Assembly: GCA_034659275.1 (NCBI GenBank)
Contig: JAYEGY010000049.1
Coordinates: forward strand, 121-64,120
Reading direction: 5' to 3'
DNA length: 64,000 nt
Origin: Bacteroidota bacterium
Lineage (GTDB): Bacteria; Bacteroidota; Bacteroidia; Bacteroidales; VadinHA17
The notes under the pieces were generated by a model. It had not been told where the DNA came from and did not search any database. It saw nothing but the letters and a program-made list of their open reading frames with translations. This document shows, piece after piece, positions 18,319 to 29,100 of this stretch (position 1 is the first letter of the stretch; the number at the start of each line of letters is the position of its first letter). The translations under genes were made by a program, and so were the position numbers.

Positions 18319-19473
18319 ATGAATCAGATTATTTCAACGGAGAAAAAGCCAATCAAGCTGTGGATCGATGATATCGAAGAAGGTGCCTTGCAGCAGGCAA
18401 AGAACCTTGCCAATTTACCCTTCACATTCAAGTGGGTGGCAATCATGGCAGACAGTCACCAGGGCTATGGCATGCCTATTGGTGGTGTTCTTGCGACAAG
18501 AGATGTGATTATCCCAAATGCAGTAGGTGTTGACATCGGTTGTGGAATGTGTGCCGTTAAGACTTCTCTCCAATCAATCGAACACGACCCCCTAAAGCAG
18601 GTTATGAGTGGGATACGCAAGCGTGTTCCCCTTGGGTTCAACCATCACAAAGAACCGCAAGACTGGGAAGGTTTTGATAAAGCTCCTGATGTGGCTGTAA
18701 TCCAGCAGGAACTGGACAGCTCACGATACCAGCTTGGCACCCTTGGCGGAGGAAATCACTTCATTGAGATCCAGCATGGCTCTGATGGCTACGTGTGGCT
18801 CATGTTGCATTCCGGTTCTCGTAACTTCGGGCTTAAAATAGCGAACGAGTATCATAAAAAAGCCCGGCGGCTATGTGAAAGGTGGCACACGGACCTTCCG
18901 GATAAAGACCTTTCTTTCCTGCCGGTTGAAACGAAGGAAGCAGAGGAGTATTCAGAGGCAATGAATTTTGCACTCGATTTTGCCAGGGCTAACAGATACA
19001 AGATGATTGATGCCATGAAGGCTTCCGTCCGGGAAGTTATCGGGAATGTTGAGTTCGACGAAACAATTAATATCCATCATAACTATGCCGCGTGGGAATA
19101 CCATTTCGATCAGAACGTTATTGTACATCGCAAAGGTGCTACCTCGGCAAAAGAAGGTGAAATGGGGATTATCCCCGGTTCCCAGGGCATGAAAAGCTAT
19201 ATCGTGCGTGGTAAGGGAAACCCAGAATCATTCATGTCATGCTCCCACGGTGCAGGGCGTAAGATGGGACGCAAGCAGGCAAGACGCGAATTAAGCCTGG
19301 AGGACGAAAAGAAACTGCTCGATGAAAAAGGCATCATACATGCAATACGATCTAAAAAAGACCTTGACGAAGCGTCAAGTGCATATAAAGACATCAACGT
19401 TGTGATGCAAAATCAGAGCGATCTTGTTGATATAGTAATTGAATTATCACCGCTTGCGGTAATAAAGGGCTGA
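18319..19473 (+). CDS. rtcB: RtcB RNA ligase
   Basis: DSHQGYGMPIG, VGVDIGCGM, GTLGGGNHFIE, HSGSR, HHNYA, HRKGAT, IPGSQG, SHGAGR. Confidence 0.95.
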   Translation: MNQIISTEKKPIKLWIDDIEEGALQQAKNLANLPFTFKWVAIMADSHQGYGMPIGGVLATRDVIIPNAVGVDIGCGMCAVKTSLQSIEHDPLKQVMSGIRKRVPLGFNHHKEPQDWEGFDKAPDVAVIQQELDSSRYQLGTLGGGNHFIEIQHGSDGYVWLMLHSGSRNFGLKIANEYHKKARRLCERWHTDLPDKDLSFLPVETKEAEEYSEAMNFALDFARANRYKMIDAMKASVREVIGNVEFDETINIHHNYAAWEYHFDQNVIVHRKGATSAKEGEMGIIPGSQGMKSYIVRGKGNPESFMSCSHGAGRKMGRKQARRELSLEDEKKLLDEKGIIHAIRSKKDLDEASSAYKDINVVMQNQSDLVDIVIELSPLAVIKG

Positions 19474-19494
19474 GCGTATATCCAAAAAAGATTT

Positions 19495-19525
19495 TTTGAA
19501 ATCAATCAATTATGGTTTATATTTG
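19495..19525 (+). promoter_or_regulatory. Bacteroidota housekeeping sigma promoter
   Basis: TTTG (19495-19498), 19-bp spacer, TATATTTG (19518-19525). Confidence 0.7.
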
Positions 19526-19564
19526 CCATAATAATAAAGTGTAAATAATACATTTATAATAATC

Positions 19565-21850
19565 ATGAAAACACGTTTATTCCTCTTAATCACCATTGTC
19601 ATAATGCTATCATCATGTAATTCGTCTGTGAAAGAATACCGTATAGAAACAGACGGACCTGAAGAGGTTGACTTCAGGGTGCTTCCTTTTGACCTTACCC
19701 AGGTTAAACTCCTGGATGGAAGGTTTAAGCATGCTACCGAGCTTAATAAGAAGATTTTGCTTGACTATGAACCTGACCGTTTCCTGGCAACCTTCAGGAT
19801 GGAGGCGGGCCTGGAACCAAAGGCCGAGCATTACAGGGGATGGGAGGACTACCCCAGGCGTAATCTTAATGGCCATAGCCTGGGTCATTACATGAGTGCT
19901 CTTTCTATGATGTACAATACAACAGGTGAGCAGGAGTTTCTTGAGAGACTGAACTACATTGTAGACGAACTGGCACTATGCCAGGAGGCAAACGGGGGAG
20001 GATACCTAGGAGCCCTGCCCGGAGCACAAAAAGTGTTCGAGGAGGAAATTGCAAAGGGTGAAATACGTTCTGCAGGCTTTGACCTTAATGGCTACTGGGC
20101 TCCTTTTTATATAATGCATAAAATACTTGCCGGCCTGAACGATGCCTACCTCCTATGCGGCAATGAAAAAGCACTCGATATAGCGCTGAACTTTGCCAAC
20201 TGGATAAGAGGTATTGTCACACCGCTCAATGATGAGCAGGTACAGAAAATGTTACATTGTGAGCATGGGGGTATTAATGAATCCTTCGCCGAATTATACG
20301 CTATCACGGGTGAAGAGAAATACCTGGAAACAGCGAGGATATTTCATCACAAAGCCATACTTGATTCACTGGCCCATCATGTGGATGTGCTGCCGGGCAA
20401 GCATGGCAATACACAAATACCTAAGCTTATTGGCCTGGCCAGGCTTTACGAGCTTACCGGTAATAAGCAAGACAGGGAAACAGCAGAGTTTTTCTGGGAC
20501 AGGGTGGTTCACCATCATTCGTATGTAACGGGTGGACATGGTTTCAATGAATATTTTGGTGAACCCGACCAGTTGAGTGACAGGCTTGGTGAGGGGACCA
20601 CTGAAACCTGCAATGTTTATAACATGCTCAAGCTTTCCCGTCATATCTTTATGTGGAAGGCATCTGCTGAGGTTGCTGACTATTACGAAAGAGCCCTTTT
20701 CAATCATATACATGCCTCACAGCATCCCGAAACGGGTCATGTAATATACAATCTTTCTCTGGCCATGGGAGGTGCAAAAAATTACCAGAACCCGGGTTAT
20801 TTCACTTGCTGTGTAGGCACAGGCATGGAAAATCATGCCAAGTATGCAAGGAATATATACTTCCATAATGATAAAGAGTTGTACATCAGCCAGTATATAG
20901 CTTCCGAACTCAAGTGGGATGAAAAAGGACTAGAAATGGTTATGGAGACATCCTATCCTGATGAGCAGGGTGCTACAATAAGCTTTAATAACGAAGAGCC
21001 TGTAGATCTGATCATACAGGTAAGATACCCGTCGTGGGCAGAGGAAGGAATAGAGATACTGGTTAATGGCCGCAAAAAAAACGTAAGGCAGGAGCCCGGC
21101 AATTTTGTACCTGTAAAAGGCTCCTGGAAGGCAGGCGACAGTATTGAGATATCCATACCTTTCACTCTAAGGCTTGAATCAATGCCTGATGATTCCAGCA
21201 GGGTTGCCATTATGCACGGACCCGTTGTCCTGGCGGGTGATCTTGGCCCCGAGAATGATCCCGACGCATATGATGCAATGTATGTACCTGTTCTGGTCAC
21301 CGAAAACCGCCCCCCGGAAGAATGGCTTAAGCCTGTTGAAGATGAGCCCAATGCTTTCATGATGGATGGCGTGGGTCAGCCCAGGGATGTTAAGCTGATA
21401 CCTTTTTACGACATGCATAACAGGAGGTATACTGTTTACTGGGATATATTCACCATGGAGGAGTGGGAAAAGAAAAAGGAGGACTACAGGCTCAGAACCG
21501 AGAAAATGAAGGAGATGGAGCAGATGACCGTTGATTTTGCCCAGCCCGGCCAGATGCAACCTGAACGTGATCATAATTTCAAAAGCGAAGACAGCAGGCC
21601 TGTACGTTTCCGGGGAAGGGATGTAAGGAACACAAATTTTGAAATACTGGTTAACGACCGGGTAATAGCCACCGAGACAATAGACAGAAATGATGGTGAC
21701 TTCATAAGTATCAGTTACCCCATACCCAGGGAGCTGACCGTAGGCAAATTCAAAGCCACGGTCAAATTCAGGGCTGTAGAAGAACGGTCAGAGGTTGGCC
21801 CCGTTTATGGTGTGAGAATAATAAGAAGGAAACAGGAAGGGCAGCAGTAA
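19565..21850 (+). CDS. GH127/GH146 beta-L-arabinofuranosidase-family lipoprotein
   Basis: Lipobox LSSC; GHSLGHY, EHGG.NE, H.NTQIPK, ETCNVYNMLK, CCVGTGMENH. Confidence 0.9.
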   Translation: MKTRLFLLITIVIMLSSCNSSVKEYRIETDGPEEVDFRVLPFDLTQVKLLDGRFKHATELNKKILLDYEPDRFLATFRMEAGLEPKAEHYRGWEDYPRRNLNGHSLGHYMSALSMMYNTTGEQEFLERLNYIVDELALCQEANGGGYLGALPGAQKVFEEEIAKGEIRSAGFDLNGYWAPFYIMHKILAGLNDAYLLCGNEKALDIALNFANWIRGIVTPLNDEQVQKMLHCEHGGINESFAELYAITGEEKYLETARIFHHKAILDSLAHHVDVLPGKHGNTQIPKLIGLARLYELTGNKQDRETAEFFWDRVVHHHSYVTGGHGFNEYFGEPDQLSDRLGEGTTETCNVYNMLKLSRHIFMWKASAEVADYYERALFNHIHASQHPETGHVIYNLSLAMGGAKNYQNPGYFTCCVGTGMENHAKYARNIYFHNDKELYISQYIASELKWDEKGLEMVMETSYPDEQGATISFNNEEPVDLIIQVRYPSWAEEGIEILVNGRKKNVRQEPGNFVPVKGSWKAGDSIEISIPFTLRLESMPDDSSRVAIMHGPVVLAGDLGPENDPDAYDAMYVPVLVTENRPPEEWLKPVEDEPNAFMMDGVGQPRDVKLIPFYDMHNRRYTVYWDIFTMEEWEKKKEDYRLRTEKMKEMEQMTVDFAQPGQMQPERDHNFKSEDSRPVRFRGRDVRNTNFEILVNDRVIATETIDRNDGDFISISYPIPRELTVGKFKATVKFRAVEERSEVGPVYGVRIIRRKQEGQQ

Positions 21851-22246
21851 TCAAACTGCTTCCTGCTTTTCTCCCCTGAACAGTTCAATTGTATCATCCT
21901 GCACAAGTGCCCATATTGAGTATACGCCTTTAGCAGTACCTACGGGCACATTCAAACAGTTTATTGCCGACATCACAATGATCAGTATTCTTGCCCATTC
22001 CTTATAGCTGAACAGCCAGATAGCACCAATTACGCTTAAGAGTGAAATCAGGCCGATTAGGGCCGGCAGGAAAATCTTGACAGCGGTCAGTACAGCTACT
22101 GCAATCTCTTCGCCTTCAACAAATGACTGGGCAAAATTAATTGAAAAGAATACTATCAGTGCCCCGACAATACCAAGTATTCCAAAGCCAATGTGCAATG
22201 CACCCACAACGGTTACATGCTTTCTCATATTTCTTACTTTTTCCAT
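21851..22246 (-). CDS. Hypothetical membrane protein
   Basis: Three to four hydrophobic segments; P.GTA.G.Y..W.L motif; start may be 22228. Confidence 0.7.
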   Translation of the reverse strand: MEKVRNMRKHVTVVGALHIGFGILGIVGALIVFFSINFAQSFVEGEEIAVAVLTAVKIFLPALIGLISLLSVIGAIWLFSYKEWARILIIVMSAINCLNVPVGTAKGVYSIWALVQDDTIELFRGEKQEAV

Positions 22247-22293
22247 GCTGATCAGTTTTTACTGCAAGTTAAGAATTTTCTAAATTCCCAATG

Positions 22294-23103
22294 TTAATAC
22301 ACCGGATTTATCCACTTCTCTTTTTCTCCATATTTGCTTTCCGAAGCCCATTTAATCCCTCTTTTCATTATTTCAAGAGCTTCCGGTACATCGTAATCGG
22401 CTGCAACATGACCCAGGGATGAATAAAAAACACCTCCTTCCCCGTAGTACTTTTTCCATGCCACGGGAACAACACATCCGTCTATCCATTCAGCATGCCT
22501 GCCATTAAAGGTGGTTGTGGCCAATACTTTTACATTGGGATCCACATGCATGTAATACTGTTCTGAGTGCATCTTAAAATCATCCAGTCCATGTGTTACA
22601 GGATCCTCCCTGTCAGTAATATTAACTTCATAATCAATAACTCCGCCAGGGTGAGCCACCCATTGACCACCAACCATAAACTGGTATTCGGTATTATTCC
22701 TGAAGGAATCACCCAGGCCACCGTGCCAGCCTGCCAGGCCAACACCATTTTTTACTGCATTCAGCAATCCCTGTTCCTGTTCCCCGCTTATTGTTCCCAT
22801 GGTCCATACCTGGATGACCAGGTCCCGGGTTTTCATCAATTCTTCATCAAGGTATGAGTCAAGGCTGTCTGACACTATTACGTCAGCACCTGATTCCCTC
22901 AGCCAGGGCACAAATATATCCCTGCATTTCTCAGGCTCATGACCTGACCATCCTCCCCATACGAAGAGTATTTTTTTATTCAATAATTTGTTATCGCGAC
23001 TCTTTGATCTGCTTAATCCTGTGAGCGGTATTGAGGATGATAAGAGGGAAGCGCCTGCCAGAAGAGAGGTTTTTTCCACAAATTTCCTGCGGTTCATAGG
23101 CAA
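22294..23103 (-). CDS. ThuA-like domain protein with Tat signal
   Basis: NRRKF twin-arginine leader; [32 protein letters not shown]. Confidence 0.85.
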   Translation of the reverse strand: MPMNRRKFVEKTSLLAGASLLSSSIPLTGLSRSKSRDNKLLNKKILFVWGGWSGHEPEKCRDIFVPWLRESGADVIVSDSLDSYLDEELMKTRDLVIQVWTMGTISGEQEQGLLNAVKNGVGLAGWHGGLGDSFRNNTEYQFMVGGQWVAHPGGVIDYEVNITDREDPVTHGLDDFKMHSEQYYMHVDPNVKVLATTTFNGRHAEWIDGCVVPVAWKKYYGEGGVFYSSLGHVAADYDVPEALEIMKRGIKWASESKYGEKEKWINPVY

Positions 23104-23159
23104 CCATTTTAGTTTATAATTAGTCTGTATAAATAAATTACGTTATAAAGCTTATTTAG

Positions 23160-23167
23160 TAACTTTG
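23160..23167 (+). promoter_or_regulatory. -7 promoter box for the small lipoprotein pair
   Basis: TAACTTTG matches TAnnTTTG; no clear -33 box. Confidence 0.5.
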
Positions 23168-23232
23168 TAAATAGGATCAGTGGATTTTGATTGCATTAAG
23201 CTAGTGGTATTATTTCATAAAATCAAACCAGG

Positions 23233-23478
23233 ATGAGAAAGAAAATTCTTGTTTTTGCTGCTTTCTTGGTAATTGCTGCAGGGGTCACTTCATGTGAGAA
23301 TCTTTTCCAGCATTGCGAAACATGCAGGTATAATGTCTACGTCAATGGCGTTTTCTCTTATTCTGAACTGGAAGCTGAGTATTGTGGTTCAGACCTGGCC
23401 ACAAGGAAAGCGGCACCTGACGTAGTCACCGGCGAAGGCACTACATATGAAACGGTTACCAAATTTGAATGTGATTAA
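23233..23478 (+). CDS. Small 4-Cys lipoprotein, paralog 1
   Basis: Lipobox VTSC; CxxC...EAEYCG...ECD; homologous to the next ORF. Confidence 0.8.
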   Translation: MRKKILVFAAFLVIAAGVTSCENLFQHCETCRYNVYVNGVFSYSELEAEYCGSDLATRKAAPDVVTGEGTTYETVTKFECD

Positions 23479-23497
23479 GCAATAATTCTGTATTAAA

Positions 23498-23722
23498 ATG
23501 AAAAAAATTGTATTTATTTTTCTCCTTTTCCTCTCAGCAGCCGCTTTAACTTCTTGTGAAGGATTCGAGAACTGCAAGATATGCCGGCTCAACATCTATG
23601 AAAACGGTATCCTGATTAATTCAATGCAGGAAGCTGAATATTGCGGGGCAGAATTGATAACGATAGAGAATACGCCCCCTGAAACAGATGGTGCTTTCAC
23701 CACCAAGTGGGAATGTGATTGA
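23498..23722 (+). CDS. Small 4-Cys lipoprotein, paralog 2
   Basis: Lipobox LTSC; CKICR..NG..EAEYCG..TKWECD. Confidence 0.8.
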   Translation: MKKIVFIFLLFLSAAALTSCEGFENCKICRLNIYENGILINSMQEAEYCGAELITIENTPPETDGAFTTKWECD

Positions 23723-23728
23723 GTATTG

Positions 23729-25606
23729 CTAATACCTTATACCTATTACTGTAACATCATCGACCTGGGGTGTATCCCCTTTCCATTCTTCGAATATTTC
23801 ATTTAGTTTCTCTCCCTGCTCGAGCATGGGCAGATGTGATAGTTCAACGAATTTCATTTTCAGGTTTTTCACCATAAATTTCTTTTCCCTGGGACCCCCA
23901 AACTGATCGCCGTAGCCATCTGAATACATATACAGGCGATCTCCTTTTTTCAGTTCAATTTCCTGCATACTGAAGGGTTTCATATTATAGTGTATAGCCA
24001 CGGGCATTTTTTCTGCTTTAAAGACCATTAGTTTTTTATCGCGCACTATGCAGAGGGGATTGTTGGCAGCTGCATATTGCATTTTACCATTTTTGAAATC
24101 AATTACTGATACGGTCATATCCATACCATCTTTTACCCTGTCCTCCTCGATCGACTGTTTCAGTGAAACGATAATTTCATCCCGCAGAGTATTTAATATT
24201 TCGTCGGGTCGTGTAATCCCACGGCCATTTACTATTTCATTTAGCATGGTAACGCCCAGCATACTCATGAATGCCCCTGGCACTCCGTGCCCGGTACAGT
24301 CGGCAGCAATAATTATTTGCAGGTTGTCCTGCTTGCTCACCCAGTAAAAATCGCCACTCACTATGTCCAGTGGTTTATAGAGCACGAAATGTTCAAATTC
24401 GTCACTGAACAGTTCAAGTGATGGGAGAAGAGCAGTTTGTATGCGTTTTGCATACATTATACTGTCGGTTATATGTTTTTTCTGGTAAGCTATCTGGTCC
24501 CTTTGTTTTTCTGCAATATCCCGCTGTTTTTCTATTTCATCTTTCTGGACAAGTATTGTCCTGTTCTTTTCTTCCAGTTTAATATTTGCCTCTTTCTTAA
24601 TCTTGTAGCTCCTGTATATATAATAAGCAAGGAAACTGAGCAGGATAAGGACGAATATTGCCGCATAAAGCATTAATTTCTGCTTTTCGATTGATTCAAG
24701 CTGTATTTTGATTTTTTCTTCCTGCTGGTTTATGAGTTTGAGCTGTTCATCTATCTGGTTTAGTTGCCTGTCGATATCGGCCTTTTGCATTTCCAGGGTA
24801 TCTTTTTGCGCCTGAACTTCGGCCTGTTGATCTATTATCAGGGCCTGCTGCAAACGTATTTCATGTGATTGATTCGCGATCCTTGCTGCCTGCTCTTCGA
24901 GTTCTTCTTGTTTTGCTTCAAGTGTTATTTCCTTTTCCTGAATCTCCCTGTCGAGGCTATCGAGGAGAGCTTTTTGCTTTTCTATTTCCTCTTTCTGCTC
25001 CTGTATAATTCTTTGCTGTTCGCGTACCACTTCAAGCTGTCGCTCAAGTTCGGCGTTTGTTATGTCGTACAGCTTCTCCCAATCTTCCCTTGTTTTTACA
25101 GCCTGGGTCAGGAGGCCAACATCAACACCAAGCCCGGCTTTTTCTATTGCAGCCTGGTTAATTTCAAATCTTGGCTGGTCATTTACCACTATAAAATTAA
25201 ACATTGTCTGGCCGAACTCATATCCCTCTGTCATTAAAAGTATTTTCTTTCCCTCTATCATACTTTTGACCTTATTCAGGTTAAAGCCTTCATCTTTTGA
25301 CATATACAGCACATTGGTATATTCAATCCTGTTTTCATCCCTGAAAACCACAACAACAACCGGTTTGCCCTGTATCTCTCGCCGGGTTTTTGCCAGGTTG
25401 GCCAGATCAAAATAAAGCTCATTCTCTTTTGAAAGCACTCCAACCTTAAAAAACGCCATAGTATCAAGTGAACCGCCATAGTCCACATAGCGTGCAACAT
25501 CAAAAATATAAACAGCCCGTGTTCTGCTATCAAAGCCTTCCTGGGCATAGGAGCCACTATAGCATAGCGTTAAAAACGCCACCAGGATTAGAATTTTTCT
25601 ATTCAT
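23729..25606 (-). CDS. YfiR/HmsC (DUF4154)-like sensor, coiled coil, TM, SpoIIE/PP2C phosphatase
   Basis: Signal peptide, FKVGVL, RFEIN; Q/E-rich heptads; TM; YAKRIQ.ALLP, SGDFYW, DCTGHGVPGAFMS, DGMD, SDG, DDV. Confidence 0.85.
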   Translation of the reverse strand: MNRKILILVAFLTLCYSGSYAQEGFDSRTRAVYIFDVARYVDYGGSLDTMAFFKVGVLSKENELYFDLANLAKTRREIQGKPVVVVVFRDENRIEYTNVLYMSKDEGFNLNKVKSMIEGKKILLMTEGYEFGQTMFNFIVVNDQPRFEINQAAIEKAGLGVDVGLLTQAVKTREDWEKLYDITNAELERQLEVVREQQRIIQEQKEEIEKQKALLDSLDREIQEKEITLEAKQEELEEQAARIANQSHEIRLQQALIIDQQAEVQAQKDTLEMQKADIDRQLNQIDEQLKLINQQEEKIKIQLESIEKQKLMLYAAIFVLILLSFLAYYIYRSYKIKKEANIKLEEKNRTILVQKDEIEKQRDIAEKQRDQIAYQKKHITDSIMYAKRIQTALLPSLELFSDEFEHFVLYKPLDIVSGDFYWVSKQDNLQIIIAADCTGHGVPGAFMSMLGVTMLNEIVNGRGITRPDEILNTLRDEIIVSLKQSIEEDRVKDGMDMTVSVIDFKNGKMQYAAANNPLCIVRDKKLMVFKAEKMPVAIHYNMKPFSMQEIELKKGDRLYMYSDGYGDQFGGPREKKFMVKNLKMKFVELSHLPMLEQGEKLNEIFEEWKGDTPQVDDVTVIGIRY

Positions 25607-25743
25607 CGGAGGAAAGGTTTGTTTGGATTTTCTAATTTCAAAATAAATATCTGTATTTGCAAGTATTGGGGCCTTGTTATTTTTTTGTGAATATCTTGTT
25701 CACAATTCTGAGTATTTAAAATATATTATGTATATTGATATCG

Positions 25744-25751
25744 TATTTTTG
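25744..25751 (+). promoter_or_regulatory. -7 promoter box for the response regulator
   Basis: TATTTTTG 21 bp before the ATG. Confidence 0.45.
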
Positions 25752-25772
25752 CTATAGCAAAGATAAAAGCAA

Positions 25773-26186
25773 ATGCATTCTGACCAACACAACTTAGATC
25801 TAACAGGAAAAACCGTAGCCATTGTTGACGATGACCTGGCAACAATACGTTATTTTGAGATACTTCTTAAGACAACTTCTGCTGAAGTATTCACCTTTCT
25901 AAATGGTACTGATTTCCTCAACGTCATAAAGGATAATCCAAAAAAATTTGACCTTGTGATGATGGATTATCTTATTCCTTATGTCAATGGGATAGAATGT
26001 GTAAAATCTTTGCGCAAGTATAACAGGCATGTTCCTGTAATAATGATCACGGCATATTATACCAGGGAATCAAGAGAAGAATCAATTCTTGCAGGAATAA
26101 ATGAATATATACTTAAACCTGTCATACCTGAGAAAGTACTGAGCATCCTGGAGAAATACCTCACAAGGAAAGAATTCGCTTATTAG
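25773..26186 (+). CDS. Stand-alone response regulator receiver
   Basis: IVDDD, MMD, ITA, KP. Confidence 0.9.
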   Translation: MHSDQHNLDLTGKTVAIVDDDLATIRYFEILLKTTSAEVFTFLNGTDFLNVIKDNPKKFDLVMMDYLIPYVNGIECVKSLRKYNRHVPVIMITAYYTRESREESILAGINEYILKPVIPEKVLSILEKYLTRKEFAY

Positions 26187-26189
26187 TAT

Positions 26190-29100
26190 TTACCCCTGAA
26201 TATTACCGTAGTACCTTGCCATATATTCCTGAAGCATGGCGTCAATTTCTTTTGCCGTTTCTTCCAGTCCGTTACGCCTGCAGGAAGAAGCCACCCGCTG
26301 GAGGAAGCCCAATGACATCTGAATCTCCATCTCAGCATTTTTCATATAATATGCAGGTAGTTTAGTATAATAATCCAGGTTAGCACTGTAATAATCTTTC
26401 ATCCCCGTTATTAAATCAAGTGCTGTTTCCTGGTCTCCAGCAAGGAGGTAGGAATCAATTATGTTAGGCATATAATTATCCCAGGGTAAATTATACAGGG
26501 GTAATTTCTCCATGATGTGATCAAGTGCTTTAACTGCTCTTTCGTTATCTCCTTCAAGGACAAGGGCCTTCGCCAATTTTGCGTAATTAAGTCTTGCTCT
26601 TACGACCAGGAGTGTATGGCGGTGATAATAATCCAGGTATACATCGGGATCATTGGCATTGCCCCAGGTAAATTTATTCATCAGGTTATCATACAGGATA
26701 TCCGTATCTATACGTCCATAATCAAGCCAGTTATAATTCTGTGATTTAATAGGTACAAGCCTGTAGGCATTACCCTCAAGCTGAAAATACTCTTCCATCC
26801 CCAGGGCATCATTATGATACCCTGTTACAAAATATACAGGCCTTTCCCAATCATTCTGTGCCAAAAAGTCGAGCATCATCATCTGGCTTTTCAATATGTA
26901 GTTACCTTCAAGGGTGATATCAATATGCGGCACTATCATGTCTGCATCTTCAGGCTTCACCGTCCCGGAGGCCAGCACTTTCTCACGGTCGACGGGTATA
27001 CGGATTTTTCGTGTTGGCAGGTAATCATGTTCTTCCCCGTCAGGGAACCTGTATTTGGTTCCCTTGTTATCGCTCCTGATAAACTCCACAACCTTATCAA
27101 TATCCACAAAACCCGTCAGCCGCGGATTTTCAATTATAAATACCTGGTTGTTCACGCCGTCATAATATTTTGTTTTGGGCATGGTAAGCTTCATGGGTTC
27201 AGACTCATAGGTTTTTCTCTTCATCTGGTCAATGTACCAGTCGGTATTGAATAGCATGAGGTTACAAACCCTGACATCGGTTCTAACGCCTTCCACTTCC
27301 TGGGCGTACCACAGGGGGAAGGTATCATTGTCGCCATTGGTAAACAATACTGCATTGGGAGCTACGGTCTGCAGGTAATTTGTTGCCACTGCAGTTGCTG
27401 TGTACCTGCCTGAACGGTCATGATCATCCCAGTTCTGTGATGCCATCAGCACGGGCACCGCCACCAGGGACAGTATACCCGCGGCTATTGCAGAAAGCTT
27501 CTGTCCCGCAACTTTACTGAACAACTCGTACAGGAACAGCACCCCCAGGCCTATCCATATTGCAAATGCATAAAAGGAGCCGGCATAAGCATAATCCCTT
27601 TCCCGTGGCTGGTTGGGGTATTGATTTAAGTAAATCACTATTGCTACACCCGTCATCAGGAACAGTAATAAAACCACCCAGAAATCCTTTTTGTTTTTGT
27701 TTAACTGGTAATAGAAACCTGCCAGCCCCAGTAGCAATGGCAACAAGTAATATTTGTTCCTGGAAGGATGGTTTTTCATGTGATCGGGCATATTGTCCTG
27801 GGGACCCAGTCGCGATTCATCCAGTGCCTTGATCCCTGATATCCATTTGCCGTTAAAAGGGCCACCGTAGCCCTGAGTGTCATTCTGCCGGCCGGCATAA
27901 TTCCACATAAAATACCTGAAGTACATATGGCCCAGCTGGTATGTGAACATAAATTTCAGGTTTTCGGCAAATGTCGGTTTACGCACTATCCTCCTTTCCC
28001 CTGAATTGTCAGTAACCTGGACAGGAGTGCCACTGAAATCATTCCACTGTTTGTATACTTCCACATGATCTGACTGGGAACTGTACATCCTGGGGAAAAG
28101 GGTGACAAACCTCTCATCGTACTCGGGAACAAGTTCATGGTTGGTTATCTTATATTCTCCTTCAATAGGGTTGTACGTTGGTTTTTCCCTCTCATATGAA
28201 ACAACAGGAGCATTGAAATAAGGACCTTTAACAAGTGGCCTGCTGCCATATTGTTCACGGTTCAGGTAATATAGAAAACTGAATATGTTTTCGGGGTTAT
28301 TTTCATCCATTGGAGGATTGGCATTGGAGCGAATATAAATCGTAGCAAATGACGAATACCCTAGCATGATTACGAGCACCACTGTGAGTGCTGTATTCAA
28401 AACCGGCAGTCCTTTTTCCGAGAAACGCCACACCAGGAAAGTAAGAAGGGCAAGAAGCAGTAAGTTCAGGAATGTACTTTCTGTCATAAACCACATACCA
28501 CTGAACAGTACCGTGGCAATGCCAAATACCACTATTTGCTGTTTATTGGTCCCTTCATGACTTGATCTCAGTGCAAGGATTATTGCCACTGTAAACAATA
28601 TTAATAAGAGGTAGAGGCCACTGTTGTATGGTAAACCAATGGTATTAACAAGGAAGAGTTCGAACTTGCTGGCAAGTATTATGAAGCCTGGTAAGAGGCC
28701 CCACATGATAATTGCAATAAAGGCAATGGAAAGTATTATTGCATAGGTGAATCCCTTCCATGAAAATTCATATTTCCGGAAATAATATACGAATACAATA
28801 GCCGGGATGGCCAGCAGGTTAAGCAGGTGTACCCCTATTGACAGACCTATCACGTAGGCAATAAGGATAAGCCACCTGTTTGCATAAGGTTCATCAGCCA
28901 CGTTCTCCCATTTCAAAATAGCCCAGAAAACGAGGGCGGTCATCAGTGATGATGTGCCATAAACTTCTCCCTCAACCGCTGAAAACCAAAAAGTATCCGA
29001 AAAAGCATAGGCCAGGGCACCTGTAAGCCCGGCTCCCATTATTGCTATCATTTGTCCCGTGCTCATTTCTTTGTCACCTCCTGCAATTAATTTCCTTGCA

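Noticed and set aside
12304-23103. Polysaccharide utilisation locus around GH20, GH127 and ThuA
   Set aside because: No SusC/SusD pair or dedicated regulator; genes are dispersed in different orientations
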